From Emiliania huxleyi CCMP1516 (taxonomy: Eukaryota), in NCBI RefSeq assembly GCF_000372725.1, contig NW_005201123.1:248001-312000 (forward strand): a stretch of DNA of 64,000 nt, written 5' to 3'. Both the position numbers and the translations under genes were made by a program. Shown in pieces: positions 9,240-21,279 of the stretch (position 1 is the stretch's first letter; each line of letters opens with the position of its first letter). Under the pieces are notes generated by a model. That model made no database searches. It saw only the letters and a list, made by a program, of their open reading frames with translations, and had not been told where the DNA came from.

Positions 9240-9825
9240 CTACCGTGGCTGGGTTCACAGCGAGTAGGAAAATGTCGAAAACACTTGACGGTCGCGGCCT
9301 TCCGACTCGCGCCTCCGCCTCACTGGCACTATTGTAGCCCTAGCCGGTGCGCGTGCAGAGTTGAAGTTCCGGAGTGAAAATTCGAACGCGTTCTCTCACG
9401 GTGACCAAAAAATGTCCACCTCAGAGGCACCTCCGGAGGCAGGCCGCCGCACGCCGGCGACACAGCTCCAGCTGTCGAACTGACCCGCAGCTCCTCTCAT
9501 AGCGGGAACTGTGACAAAAGTTGACTGAGGCGGTTGTCAGGAATCATCATACGGATCACATGGTGGCTCTCTCATGACGGGAGACCGCCCGACCACTCCT
9601 GGGTGGCACTGCCACCGGTGTCCCTCGACGTCCTGTCGACAGCGTGCCGACAGCGACACAGACCATGTGGGACGCGTCGAGTATCGACCTCTACTGCTTA
9701 CCCAGCCTTCGAGTGTATCCTGGCTGTGGTCCCACACCCACTGGTGTCCATCTCAGAGACCGCAGGAGGTCATGAGGGTCGATGGGAGTGCCAACCCCAC
9801 AATGCCTAAAAACCCAGCCCAGTAG
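9240..9825 (+). mobile_element. MITE family A, copy 1 (586 bp)
   Basis: Imperfect TIRs CTACCGTGGCTGGGTT / AACCCAGCCCAGTAG and an 8-bp TSD CACGAGAC (9232-9239, 9826-9833). Near-identical copies at 45953-46539 and 53143-53712. Confidence 0.88.
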
Positions 9826-10145
9826 CACGAGACAACACCGCGTTGAGTTAATTTGCAGAGTGTTAAAAACGCTGAAGGTCGTGCGGTGCGGCGCTTGTTA
9901 TGGGGCGCGCCACCGCGGGCCCGCTTACTGCGCCGACACTGCCCGACTCTAGACTTGCGCTGGCCGCAAGCTTCGACACCACCTACTTTTACCGCGTCCT
10001 CGGCTGTGTCGGCTCGCTGCCCTGCGCCTGCCGCTACGCAGAGCAAACCTCCCGATCGGCAACAGTTCGGTCCTGCAACCCGCAGCTCCAAACCACATGC
10101 CGACACCCCCCTCCGCCACCTAACCATCGCGTGTTCGCGAGCATC

Positions 10146-11249
10146 TCACACCGTGATGAAGGATTTGATGGGGCAGATCTGCTTTCGCCGCTTGAAGCCT
10201 GCCGCCGCAGCTCGGTCTTCCGCCGCCGCGGCCGGAGCGGCGTTGGCGGCGTTGGCGGCGCGCGCAGCCTCGCGCGCCTGTTTCGTGGGGAGGCGCGACG
10301 GTGACGAAAGGCAGTCAGGGGCGGGAGGGAGGAGCGGTAGGGGGAGGGCCTCCATCGCAGCGTTGTAGTCCGCCGCCGCTTTCTTGTATAGCTGCCGCAT
10401 CTCTGCGGTGGCGCCTGAGGGCGCGAGGGGGGGGGGGGGGGGGGGGGGGGGAAAAAGGCCCCCCCCCGGCCAGTTTTGGGAAATTTGGTTGGGAGGGGGG
10501 GGGGGCCCCTTTTCGGAGGGGAAAATTTTTGGTTAATTTTTGGAAAAGGGCCCTTTTGGGAAAGGAAACCGGGGGGGGGCCCCTTGGGGGAAGGGGGGCC
10601 CTGGGGGTCCCCCTCCACCCCAAATTTTTTAAAGGGGGACCCGTGAAAAGGGCCCCCTGCAAAGTTTGCCAATGAAGCGGAGAGGGCGCCGTACCTTCTT
10701 GGAGGGCGGCTTAGTCGAGCACGCCTTGCCGGCGGCCGGGCTCCTGCGGCCGCGCGTTTCGCAGGTGCTGGCGGGTGGCTGTGTGCGGTGTGCAGTGCGT
10801 GTGAGCGTGTGTGTGCGCGCGCATGTCTACGGGTGGGGGTCTGGGGCGGGGAGGTGGTGTGGAGGAAGCGAGGGAGCAGCCGGCGCCATGTCGACAGGTT
10901 GGGCCCCGGGATGAGGTCCTCGCGGCGCGGCCACTTGACGTACCTCACCTGGTACTTTGTGCCGGAATCCGCGTCTCCCGCCTTGGGGGGGGCGGCGGGG
11001 GCGGGCGGGGGGCGGGGAGCAGGTCAAGTTGTGTGCAGAGGAGGTAATTGGGATGTATCAAATGGGCGCAGGTGCCTTGATGATCTCAACCTCGTAAGAG
11101 ACCGAGCCGAGGGTCGCGATGGCCTTCTCGCCGTCGGCGAGACCGCCGCCGTCCACCACCATCGCGGCCACGCCTTCGCCTTCGCCGCCATCGCCGCCGC
11201 AGCTACCGCCGCCGCAGCCTCCGTCACCGCCGATGCCACCCTCGCCGCC

Positions 11250-11280
<31 letters not shown>

Positions 11281-11537
11281 CCGCCACCGCCAACCTCGCC
11301 CGCGTCGCCACCGCCGCCGGATTCGTCTCCGCCTCCGTCTGACGGCGTCTCGGCGAGCTGCCGCGTGCAGTTTCCTGCGCCGGTGAGCTTCACGCGAAGC
11401 TGGCGCGGCGGTGGTGATGGCGCCCCCTTCCGCCCCTCCTCCTCGTCCTTGGTCCTCTTGCGCCCGCGAGCGGCGGCCTCTGCCGATTCGGCGCCGTCGA
11501 TGTCGTCGGGGGACTTCTTCACCTTTTTCGGAGGCAT
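10146..11537 (-). CDS. Spliced gene: Lys/Gly-rich N-terminus plus a Tudor-knot/chromo-barrel-like domain; 3' structure uncertain
   Basis: MPPKKVKK start. Exon 1 ends YEVEIIK at a GC donor; the next exon reads AGDADSGTKYQVRYVKWPRREDLIP. A low-quality tract at 10425-10670 obscures the middle. Confidence 0.45.
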
Positions 11538-11598
11538 GTTGGGCGCGGGTGGTGTGTTGGCCGTCGCACACGCCTCCCCGGTTGCCCCCGCTCTTCAG

Positions 11599-12600
11599 GG
11601 TCCTGTACCTGGACGCTGACATGATTTGCACAGTCAGCCTGCTCCCTCTGCTGTCACTCCCCTTTGCGGGACAACAGTGGGCTGCACTTGCGGAGGAGGC
11701 TATGCCGGGTCACTATAGATCAATCTACCGGAGGCTCCCCAACATCCACGCAGCCAGTCGAGGACTCAACACAGTGAGCGGCCGGCCGACCCCGCGCGCG
11801 CCGCCCATGTGTGTGTGCAAGCGTGATTCCTGAAACTGCCCTCGGGCGCGCGTAGGGCACTATTCTCTTCGATCCGCGTCGATCCGGCCCGCTGCTCCAA
11901 CTCGCACGGACGTACAACGATGCACCGGAACTGTACAGAAAGCGCCTTCACGTTTCTGCAAGCGCGCGCATCGGCGATCAAGGAGGATGGGACATGTAAC
12001 ATCGACTCGCTGGCCCAGCCTCTCATGCCCACATCTTGCGTTCACATCGCACCACGGGAGCAGGTTTGACCAGCACGTGATCAACATTTACTTTCGCGAC
12101 CATCCCGAGGAGCGCAGATACAATCGGGACACGCAAAGACGAACCTAGCACGGACGCGGGCACTGGGGCGCGAGGGAGAGAGAGAGAGAGAGGCTGTGGA
12201 CGGATACGCCTGTATAGGAGCTCAAGCTGCTCGACTGCCGCTACAACATGCGGCACAACTCCAATTGCAATGCGAGCCGCGGCACCTTTCAACGGCGGCA
12301 GAGGGCGATGACTCTCTGTGAACAGCGTCAGCTCACGCCTCCCTCCTGTGCACAGGCCTCTTTCACGGCAACAACCACATCTTTGAGCGGCCCTTGGGCT
12401 GGTGGTGGGGCGCGAGAAGTCTGAAGCATGACCTCGAGGTCGCAATCGACGGTGTTCCAGGATTGGACTGCCTCGCGAAATTCCTGCGTTCATTGCGAAC
12501 CAATCAGCAGATGCTGCTAAATGTCTCATGCCCGCTTCCTGACCTACGAGCAGCAGTGGCGACAGATCAGGGGAGCAGCTCCCCACCGAGGGCAAGATAA
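11599..12600 (+). CDS. Glycosyltransferase family 8 (GXYLT/LARGE-like); 5' part missing
   Basis: Spliced motifs in the correct order: VLYLDAD, GLNT|GTILFD, FDQHVINIYFRDHPE, ELKLLDCRYN, LFHGNN. Confidence 0.75.
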
Positions 12601-13036
12601 AGAGAGAGGAGCGGACGCTAAGACAGGAAGAGCGTTTTGAGTTGTACGACCTGACGCCCGCTACCTCTTCGGCTGCTTGGCGGACTTCTTGGCGCGGCCC
12701 TTGTGTAGGTAGCCGTGAGAGTGTGTGATATAGACACACGCACACACAGCCGGTTTGAGCCGCATTGAAGATAACCTTGTGCCTTCCTTTTGCCTGTGGG
12801 CTGGCTTCCGGCACCTGCCCTCTGGTCTGCGTGTGACTCCCGGGGAGAGGTCGAGCCGCTTCGCGCGCACATAGAGTCTTGGATAGAGTCGCTGTCGACG
12901 TGTCAACACCGCGTGGCGCTCTCTGCCACCCCTCAAAAGCTCATTTGTAGCGCCAGTTGCAGAGGAACTGCATTAACATACACTCGGATCGATGATACGG
13001 CGAGGTATCACACGGGGCGCGGGGCGAGCCACAACA

Positions 13037-13318
13037 TCACCGGCTCGCGGAGCAGGGACCGCAGACGCACAAGTGACTGCACGGCACCGCGAGGTGAGAC
13101 TTCGGCCGCTCTATGATGCACGGCGTCTCGCCTCCCGTGGTGGACTCTGGTGCAGCCGGTCGCCCCGTGTCGAGGCTGGCGTCCGCTAGTGAGACGGCAG
13201 CAAGCGGCTCAGTGACGGGCAGATGCTGCTCCGCCGCCTCTGCCGCCTCTGGCTCGATCAAACGCTCGATCGCGCCAATCCGCTCCTCGAGGTGGACCGG
13301 GCGTCCACGGCGCACCAC
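13037..13318 (-). pseudogene. Degenerate C3HC4 RING-finger fragment
   Basis: GGETPCIIERPKSHLAVPCSHLCVCGPCSA then a stop. The second Cys of the first pair and the final CPxC are missing. Confidence 0.55.
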
Positions 13319-13879
13319 TCAACCATCGCCTGATTGCATGCGATCGATCCACCGTAACAAGACGTTCACTGGGTTCTGGGTCCCACTGGGTTCCCCCGAC
13401 CTGCGATAGCAATGAAACTCTTCTCCACCTGTTCTGGGCCTCGATTGCTGGTGCGTTTATTTTTGCTTCGCCGGGTATCATATGAAATTCTGCAAAAACC
13501 TGACCGGCCCCTGCCCTGCCCCTACCTACCTACCTACCTACCTACCCTATGGGAAACTAAAAAAGAAATCACTCGATCGGTGAAGGTGGGGTACTATACC
13601 AACTAGAGTGATGGTTGGTGGTACTCTCCTGCATCCACAGTCCTTCTTGTGACATGGGAGGCCACTCTCAAGCCCTACAAGCATCAGATCACCCATTTGG
13701 GGAGGGTTGACATCGTGATTTGCGGAAAATTTCTTTTTCTGCTGTGAAAATTCCAGCTTGAAGAGAGGGAAAAACCCGACGGGAGGGCCCAGACCTACCC
13801 TACCTACCCCGTCATGATACCCGGCCAAGCAAAAATAAACGCCACCTGGATCCTGGTTCTTGCCTAAAAATGCGTGTCT

Positions 13880-14319
13880 TGTGGTTCTTGCCCAAAAATG
13901 CGTGTGGTTTTTGCCCATGCACATTTTTTTCAAAAACTGTTGCATATGTTGCATATCATGGCATTTGAACGCATTATTGTGCATTCAAGACTGCGGAGGG
14001 GAGGGGAGGGGAGGGGGGAGGAGTCTGGGTGGTGCACTTGCCTAAGGTTCTTGCCCTCAAATTGCAAAAGATATGCAGTCATGCCCCGAATGCATCGAAT
14101 GATGCACTGTTATGCAATCACGCACAAAATGCATCGAATGCAGAATGCAACGAAATGCAATCACGCGCAAAATGCATCGAATGCATATGCAACGAAATGC
14201 AATCACGCGCAAAATGCATCGAATGTTGCAATGCAGTTGTAATGCAGGAGATGCATGCGAATGCAGAAAATGCACTGCATGGGCAAAAACCACACACGCA
14301 TTTTTGGGCAAGAACCACA
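13880..14319. mobile_element. Foldback/MITE-like element with internal AATGCA repeats
   Basis: ~42-bp inverted repeats TGTGGTTCTTGCCCAAAAATGCGTGTGGTTTTTGCCCATGCA, an extra partial copy at 13855 and internal tandem TGCATCGAATGC units. No clear TSD. Confidence 0.7.
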
Positions 14320-14664
14320 CTTTTCCCGGCGACAGACACGCAGCCACGTGCCATGTATTGCTACGTGAGGGACCGTACTGCCCGCGCATCGTACAGTCAA
14401 CTCGTGGAGTACGTTACCAAGGATGCAGTGCAGTATGTCGCTCTACACGATGCTGTTCTGTTTCGAAGCCGCGCGGGTGAGAGAGCGTCTGGCGATACAG
14501 TACTACTTCCGTGCAGGAAAACAAAGAAACCTGACGCCCGTGGAGGTACTTTGCGTGTTTTTCTCCCACCCCAGCGGCTTGAGTGTTGAGAGAGACTACA
14601 ATTGTACTGCGAACAAAACAAAGAATTCGAGGACGCACCGCTCCCTCGAACGACACCCGGCGGT

Positions 14665-14740
14665 TAAAATCCCTGTGTGGTGGCGGCGTGCCGTCCTCCC
14701 ATCCCTCCATTGGCTTGTCTGTTTTCTTTCTTTCTCTTTT
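14665..14740 (+). mobile_element. Retroposon-like 3' module with (TTTC)n tail, copy A
   Basis: TAAAATCCCTGTGTGGTGGCGGCGTGCCGTCCTCCCATCCCTCC...TTTTCTTTCTTTC, repeated at 28.8, 49.3 and 49.9 kb. Confidence 0.65.
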
Positions 14741-15628
14741 ACCCGGCACAGGACTGGCGCGCACTGGCACTGCAGTCGGAATTCTCACTTTGGGACACGG
14801 GTGGTGGGGGTCACCCAACAGGCTGCTGACGCTCGGAAGCTTGGCACATATAAGCGATGCGCACACGTCTCCAGCAGTCTTCTTGCCGGCGAGGCGAGGG
14901 TAGCCTTGCCATTTTGGTTGGACGGCCTGTCAGGGAAAGGCGGAGTATGCCTTTGGCAGGATCCCTTGGCTGCCCAGAGTCGGTGGCACAGCAGCTCGTG
15001 TCGCCACCAAAGAGCGCTTCGCCCCCGCGCGGCGGACGGGCGGCGCACGTGTGGGCGTGCAGCACAGGAGACGCGCGGCGAGAGCGTGAGCAGCAGCGAC
15101 TGCGGGCAGAGAGCTGGCAGAACGCGAGCGAGACGTGGGATGTTTGGGGCCGTGTCGTGTCGAGTCGACCTACGCGCCCGCTCGGCGAGCCTCGACGCGG
15201 CGCAGGAAGCCGTGACGTAGGCCCGGAGGTTGCATAGCTCACCGCATCGTCGTCTCCCGACGATGCGCTTCCCCAGGTCCTCCCTCGCAAGAGGCCAATA
15301 GGAGGAGGCGCGTCCTCTGGCACGGGCGCTGCTCTCTCCACTGGAGGGTTGGTCTCCACCCACGGACTCGCCTCGGACGAGCTCGCTGTATGGGTAGTTT
15401 TGTTCATGGACACGGGCCCACGCGGCACACGCGCAGGCCGATTGCAGGGCTCTCCCACAACCACGCTGACCCCGCCTCTGGGACCAACGACAGAGGTGAA
15501 ACGACATTCGGCCCGCCGACAACAATTCGACCACTGGACGCGATATCTAAATGCGGCGAAGGCCAATCTCGAGTTCCCTCTTCTCAACTCTTCGCGGGTT
15601 TTGGTGCAGTCACCTCCCCCCGCGACAG

Positions 15629-15815
15629 TCTGGGGCAAAATCTGAGGCAAAATTGAGGAAATCGGCACGATACCCAGGCGGTCGCAGGGTATTTTCCAGT
15701 TATACCCGGGTTTTTCCAGGTATACCCGCAAAATACCCGGTATTTTGCCGATTTGGCAGAAAAAGGGAAACGAAAAGAGACGGGGTGCGAGAGGAAAAGC
15801 TTGTTCACAGCCTAA
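15629..15815 (-). mobile_element. Partial copy of the hAT-like MITE seen at 62306-62763
   Basis: Reverse-complement similarity (CCTCTCGCACCCCGTC, CCCTGCGACCGCCTGGGTA, TTTCCTCAATTTTGCCTCAGATTTTGCCCCAGA). Terminus reads TTAGGCTGTGAACAAG. Confidence 0.7.
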
Positions 15816-16042
15816 AATCTCTCTCTCCCCCATCCGCCGGCCGGTGGGGCTTGCACGCTAAGATCTCATTAGCGGGTCGCTAGTCAGAGCCGGTGCCGCG
15901 CGAGTCTTGGTCGGAGGATTCTTCTTCGTGGTCAGCCTCTCTCGCCCGGTGCCTCCGCCGCCGCTCGAGACAGGCCCCCAACGGACAGGCCCCCGAACCC
16001 ACTCGTTGCAGCCGTCGCCGGGGCGTTAGTTGCCACCATCGC

Positions 16043-16480
16043 ATGTGGCGCCGCAGCACGCCCGAGAGCAATCGTGTCGTGCAGGAGGAGCACGGCGGTG
16101 AGTCGGAGCGCGTATGGATTCTCTCCGAGTGCGTCCTCGAGGCGCAGGAGGAACTGCGCGCGCGTGAGGAGCAGCTCGCTCTTGTGCAGTCCATGCTGCG
16201 GCTCACAGAGGCGGAGCTGGCGGCCGAGAAGCGTCGCACAGCTCAACTGTCCGCGCGCGTAGCGGAGCTCGACGACGCACTGCTCACCGCGAATCATCTT
16301 GCCACGACTGCGCTCGACCAGTCTGAGGAGGTGCTGCGGAAGACCCGCGCAGGCGGTGGCACGGCGGTGTCCTCAGCAGAAGAAGGAGGGGGCGGAGCGA
16401 GCGGAGGCGATGGTGGCTCGCCAAGCCAGGGGGCGGATGCGCGCGTCTTCGAACCGCCGCCCATCGGACAAGATGGAGCC

Positions 16481-16521
<41 letters not shown>

Positions 16522-17818
16522 GCCGCGCCCGCCGCCGCTGGAATCGCATGGCCCTGGTGGCACCAGCGAGGCGGTGGCGCCTCCTCCTCCTCCTCCGCCG
16601 CCGCTGCAGCCGCCCCTTCTGGGACGCACCGCGTCGCCGCGACGGCGGTCCCTCTCCTCGCTGCCGTGGACAAAGCTTCCAGCGGCCCGAAGTACGCACG
16701 CAACACCTGCCCAGTCTCACCACCTCACCACCTCACCACCTCACCTGTTGCCACACTCCCGCCTCACCGTCCGCCACGCAGTTGCTGGCTCCGTCTGGGA
16801 GAGCGTCCTGCTCTCGCCCGTCTCGACAGAGTCGCTGGAGGATAACTTCGGACTCACGCCCACTCGCCGCAAGGGCGCCGCTGCAGCCATCGCCGCCGGG
16901 TTGACGGTCCGCTGCACCACCGCCAATGCGGGCTCGCCGCTGTCGCAACCCCCTCCCGCCTCCCAAGGCGACACGTCTCGTGGCGCCGGCAGCGCAGCGG
17001 GAGGGCGCGGCGACAGCGGCGGCCCCGACACGCCGCGTAGCAGTGGGAGCCGCACAGTGCTCCTCGAGCCGAAGCGCTCCTCCGCCATCGGCATCGTGCT
17101 CCGCTCGTGGCGCGTCTCACTGCCGGCGTTGAGGGACGCCGCCGCGACCCTGGACGCCGCCGTGCTTCCCGCAGACCGCATCGAGGTGCTGCTGGGGACA
17201 GCGGGCTCGCCGTGCGCGCTCCCGCGGCCGGGGGAAGTGCGGCTGGTCCGGCAGTGGCTCGAGTCGAGAGGCGTGGCCCTCGACGACACACACGCTGTCG
17301 AGGCGTCCCTCGGCGAGGCGGAGGCCTTCTTCGCCATTGTCGGAGGCGTACCACGTCTCGCGCCGCGCCTCCGGCTCTTGCTCGCGGAGCAGTCCTACCT
17401 GCCGCGCGCGGCGCAGCTCTCGTCGCAGCTCCGCGTTTGTTCCGAGGCGGCCGCAGAGGTGATGGGCTCGGGCACGCTCCGACGCCTACTGGGTACATTG
17501 CTCGGTGTGGGAAATACCCTGAACGCGGCTACGTTCCGCGGAGGCGCGAAGGGGTTCGAGGTTGGTTCGTTGCCCAAATTGCTCGCCGGAGGGAGACCGC
17601 AGTCTCGTGGCGGCATCATCGGGTATCTTGCGGCGCACACCCCGTCGCTTCCCGGCGATTTGGAGGAGGAGATGCCGTCGCTGCCGGGCGCGACGCGCCT
17701 CTGCCTCGCCGAGCTTGCGCTCGAGCTGCGCGAGCTGCAGGCTTCCATCGACACCGTCGAGGAGGACCTCACGCAGGCGTTGCGAGAGGCGCCACTGCAC
17801 GACGAGGGTGGCGAGGGT

Positions 17819-17863
<45 letters not shown>

Positions 17864-18379
17864 AGCGGTGGTGCTGGAGGCGCTGGAGGCGGCGGTGACG
17901 GCGGTTGCGGCGACGACGGCAGTAGCGGCCCAGAGGCCACCGGGGGCGTTGAGGAAGGCACGGGCTCACACGATCACATCTTCGTGGCTCGCGCGCGGGG
18001 ATTTCTCTCGGCGGCAAGGCCGCGGCGGCGCGCGCTCGAGGCGCAGCTGCCCGAGGCAGAGGCGGGCCTCGATGGCGTATCTCGCTACCTCGCGGCCGAG
18101 GCGGAGGGCGAGTGGTGCCTCTCGCAGGTGCACGCTTTCTTGAGTGAGCTCAAGCGGATGTGGCCTAGTCGCTCGCCACGCGCCGCTGCGCCGTCAACGC
18201 CGAGGCCCGCTTCGGTGACGCTAGAGGCGCCTTCCGCGCCGGTTCTCCGCGACGGCTCGTCCGACCAAGCGGGGCGAGCGTTGGATGCGGCTCCGGCGGA
18301 CGGCGGGCCACCGTCGGAATCGGCCGAGCAGGTGGGGCGAGGCTCCACAGACTACGGAGGAGGCGACGAGTATTTCTAG
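16043..18379 (+). CDS. Formin-like protein (coiled coil, FH1 poly-Pro, FH2); start uncertain
   Basis: Poly-proline tracts followed by FH2 motifs LPWTKL, SVWE, LLEPKRSSAIGIVL and LLGVGNTLNAATFRGGAKGF. Confidence 0.9.
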
Positions 18380-19758
18380 GTCAAGGTGAGGTGTTAGCGC
18401 ACTCTGACCACTGTTACCAAATCTCAACACTTTGTATAAATTGGAGCACTTGGAGCACTTGGTGTGCAGACTGCAGTCGCGCCACGCGCGCCTCACAGCC
18501 TCACACACCTAGTCCTAGAGTATACAACAGCTTATACAAAGAGATATACTGACGTATAAAGTCAGCCCCTTGGAGTGTGAAAGGCTTCGTAGCCCTGAAG
18601 ATCCGCAGGACTGGAGCGAAAAAAAGCAAGCGAGTGGTATAAAGTGTACGAGTCATTGGACATTGGCCACTGCACACACTTCACGCAAGCGACAAGGGGT
18701 GCTTGACTGGGCCGTCGCGTTTTGATCTCTCGGTACTCGGACTCGGTCTGTGGGCGCCCGCCCGCCGCCTCTGAGGGGGTCGGGCCCCCTAGTCTGAAAC
18801 AAAAACAAGCTCGAAAACAGCCATGAAAATATCAGCCTGCGAGAGAGGCACTGCGCGCCGCTGACCTCGTGTGGGGATGTGAGAGGGAGAGATTGGTGTG
18901 CCGACACCATCCAATACTGATCTCTAAAAGTAATGCGGAATCGACCCTATCCAGTGCTCAAGTGCTCAAGCTAAAAAAGTATACTGAAAATTTATCTTAC
19001 CTTATATTTCCCCGTGTCGGTAAGGTCCAGGGCAAACCTCGTCATCCTACCTTTATTTTCCCGTGTCCGGTTTTCCGTTTCGGGCGACGGCACACTCCAC
19101 CGAGCTCTCAGGCGGGAATCATGTCGGCGAAGGCGGGCTCTGGCGTCTCGGTGATGCGCTCCGATCTCGACGCGTCGACCTCGACGGAGGTGGACGCACA
19201 CGAGGCGCAGTGGCGGGCCGGCGTCAACCGCCAAGCACGTCCAGACGCCCCCTCGCAAAGGCGGGCGGCGTCATTGGGTGCTGCAGCCAAGCGGCGGCGG
19301 AGAGGAGCGTCTTCTCATATGAAGGGTCTTCATCCCTCCTGCCAGTCTTCACGGATTTTTCTCCGTGAACACTCAGGACGCGACGTACGTCCAAGCACGT
19401 TCCGCGTGCCTCGTGGCCGCGCTCTTTGCGTGCTGCTCCTGCAGCTCTCTCGCTGCTCTTCCTGGCCCGGCGCCGTGCCAGCTCTGTGGCCGCGCCAGGC
19501 TCTGCGACCGCGCCAGCACTCTGGCTGCGCCGGTTCTTCGCTTTCCCCACCCACCCTCTCCTGGGATAAGGGGGTCGTTCTGAGCACTGAGGGCTCTCCG
19601 CATGGTTAGCTCCTCCCTCTCTCTGGTCTGTGGTGCGATCCCTTTCGGCGACGCGGCCAGGCCACGGGACGTTGAGGCTTGCCTCCGTGCCCGTGGTCGT
19701 CCAAGCTGATCGAGTCCCAAACCGCCTTTAGTGGCAGGACCCCAGGGGATGTCAGGTA

Positions 19759-19984
19759 CTAGACTCTACCGCGGTGCGCTCCGCGCACATAGGTGCCACG
19801 CGCGCTCCGCGCGGTATCTAGCCAGCGCGCTCCGCGCGTGTGTGTCTAGCTAGCGCGCTCCGCGCGTGCGGTGTCCAGCTAGCGCGCTCCGCGCGTGTCC
19901 GGGTAGAGCACCGGCGCGCTCCGCGCGCATGAGAATCCAGTGCTTATGCTCATAAGCACTAAAAGCTCGTTTCTGCAGCTTGGC
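19759..19984 (-). mobile_element. One end of MITE family B (GCGCGGAGC repeats)
   Basis: Begins CTAGACTCTA and is the reverse-complement homologue of about 38800-38995. Confidence 0.7.
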
Positions 19985-20109
19985 TCCGCGGCGGCATCGC
20001 CCCCGTACTTCGCCGTACTTCGAAATGGGGCGTGGTACGTCCTTGGGGCGTGCCAACCGGCGCAAAACACGTGGGTTTGTACTAAAACACCCAACGCGGC
20101 CAAAGTAAA

Positions 20110-20750
20110 CCAAGCTTTTTCAGCCCTTGACGTTCGCGCGGATTTCGCGAACTCCGAACTCGAACGAACGCAGCCGGCGGGGCCCAGCCCGAACCTCGTA
20201 ACTGAACGGACCGCGCCGGCTGTGGAAGGCGCGAACTGCGAAACCGAACGAACGTTCGTGAACTCCGTTCGAACTTAGGAAAAAAGAAAATCATCGCTAG
20301 TTCGTTCGTTCGGCTCAGCCGAGCCGCGCTGAACGAACGAACTCGCGCAACTGCGCCACGTGCGCGCGTGCGGACGCGGTCTGACCCTCAATCTCAGGTG
20401 CCCATATACACAGGCGGCACTAGCACAGTTCTGACGGTCCGCGACAGTCTGCAATCTAGCGGACTACGGGCGCGACTACCCCGGTGCGCCGCCGCCCGCC
20501 GCGGACCATTGAAGGGGGGAGGGGGGGGACCCGCTCAGCCTGACCGCCTCCTCCGGCTTCAAAGAAAAGGCTCGAGTTCACGAACTAGTTCGAGGGTTCG
20601 GGCACCCAAGGGCGAACGACCGAACCATGCAGCGAACCAAGGGGATGCCGTCCAGAGCGAACTCCGAAACCGAACGAACCGCGAGTTCACCGAACCAGTT
20701 CACGAACCAGTTCGCCAGTTCGCCCGGGAAGTTAAAACGAGCTTTTTTAT
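20110..20750. repeat. CGAAC/GTTCG-rich repetitive element, probably transposon subterminal repeats
   Basis: Dense GAACGAAC, AGTTCG and CGAACCAGTTC motifs in both orientations; no credible ORF. Confidence 0.45.
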
Positions 20751-20839
20751 ATCTGGCCTCGCGGACGCGCACAAGCAAGGGCTCGAAGCGCTCGCAGCCA
20801 GCCGGGGGCCAGCCAGCCGCTCCTGACTCGCATCCGTCA

Positions 20840-21269
20840 ATGGGCAAGCGCAGCTCAGCGTCGCGCCGCAGGTGTCGCCGCCCGCCCGCGTAGGAGCATG
20901 CCGCGTGCACCGCCAAGAGCGCGTGACAACCTTGCAGGCGTGAGGCAGCTGCCGACAGCATGGACACGGACGCGCTCACCACGACGAGCGCGACCGGCTT
21001 GCTCAAACCACGAGTTGTCAAGACAAAGATATCCAAGGCGCGCGCGGTCGAAACTTGGCCTGTTCCGATGCCGTCCTAGATGCATGTTCCGGTGTCTTAC
21101 GCCGCGCCCACGTCGACATCAGGCGGCGCAGAAGCTCACGCGCAAGCAAAAGCTGCGAAAGGCGAAGAAGCAGGAGCGGGGCGCGGCGAATGCTGACCGG
21201 AGAGAAATCAAGGCGGAACACGACGCGCACAAAGCGGAGCGCCGGCTGAGGGCGAAGGCCCTTTGGTGA
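20840..21269 (+). CDS. Small basic protein, Alb1/Ecm1-like ribosome biogenesis factor (3 exons)
   Basis: MGKRSSASRR|REAAADSMDTD...KTKISK|AAQKLTRKQKLRKAKKQERGAANADRREIK...RRLRAKALW*. One GT-AG and one GC-AG intron; the C-terminal pattern resembles Alb1. Confidence 0.6.
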
Positions 21270-21279
21270 GCGCCTGACC

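Noticed and set aside
10425..10670. Homopolymer-rich odd sequence (also 55490-55530 and 59210-59510)
   Set aside because: Typical read decay after poly-G/C runs or beside gaps; treated as a sequencing artefact.
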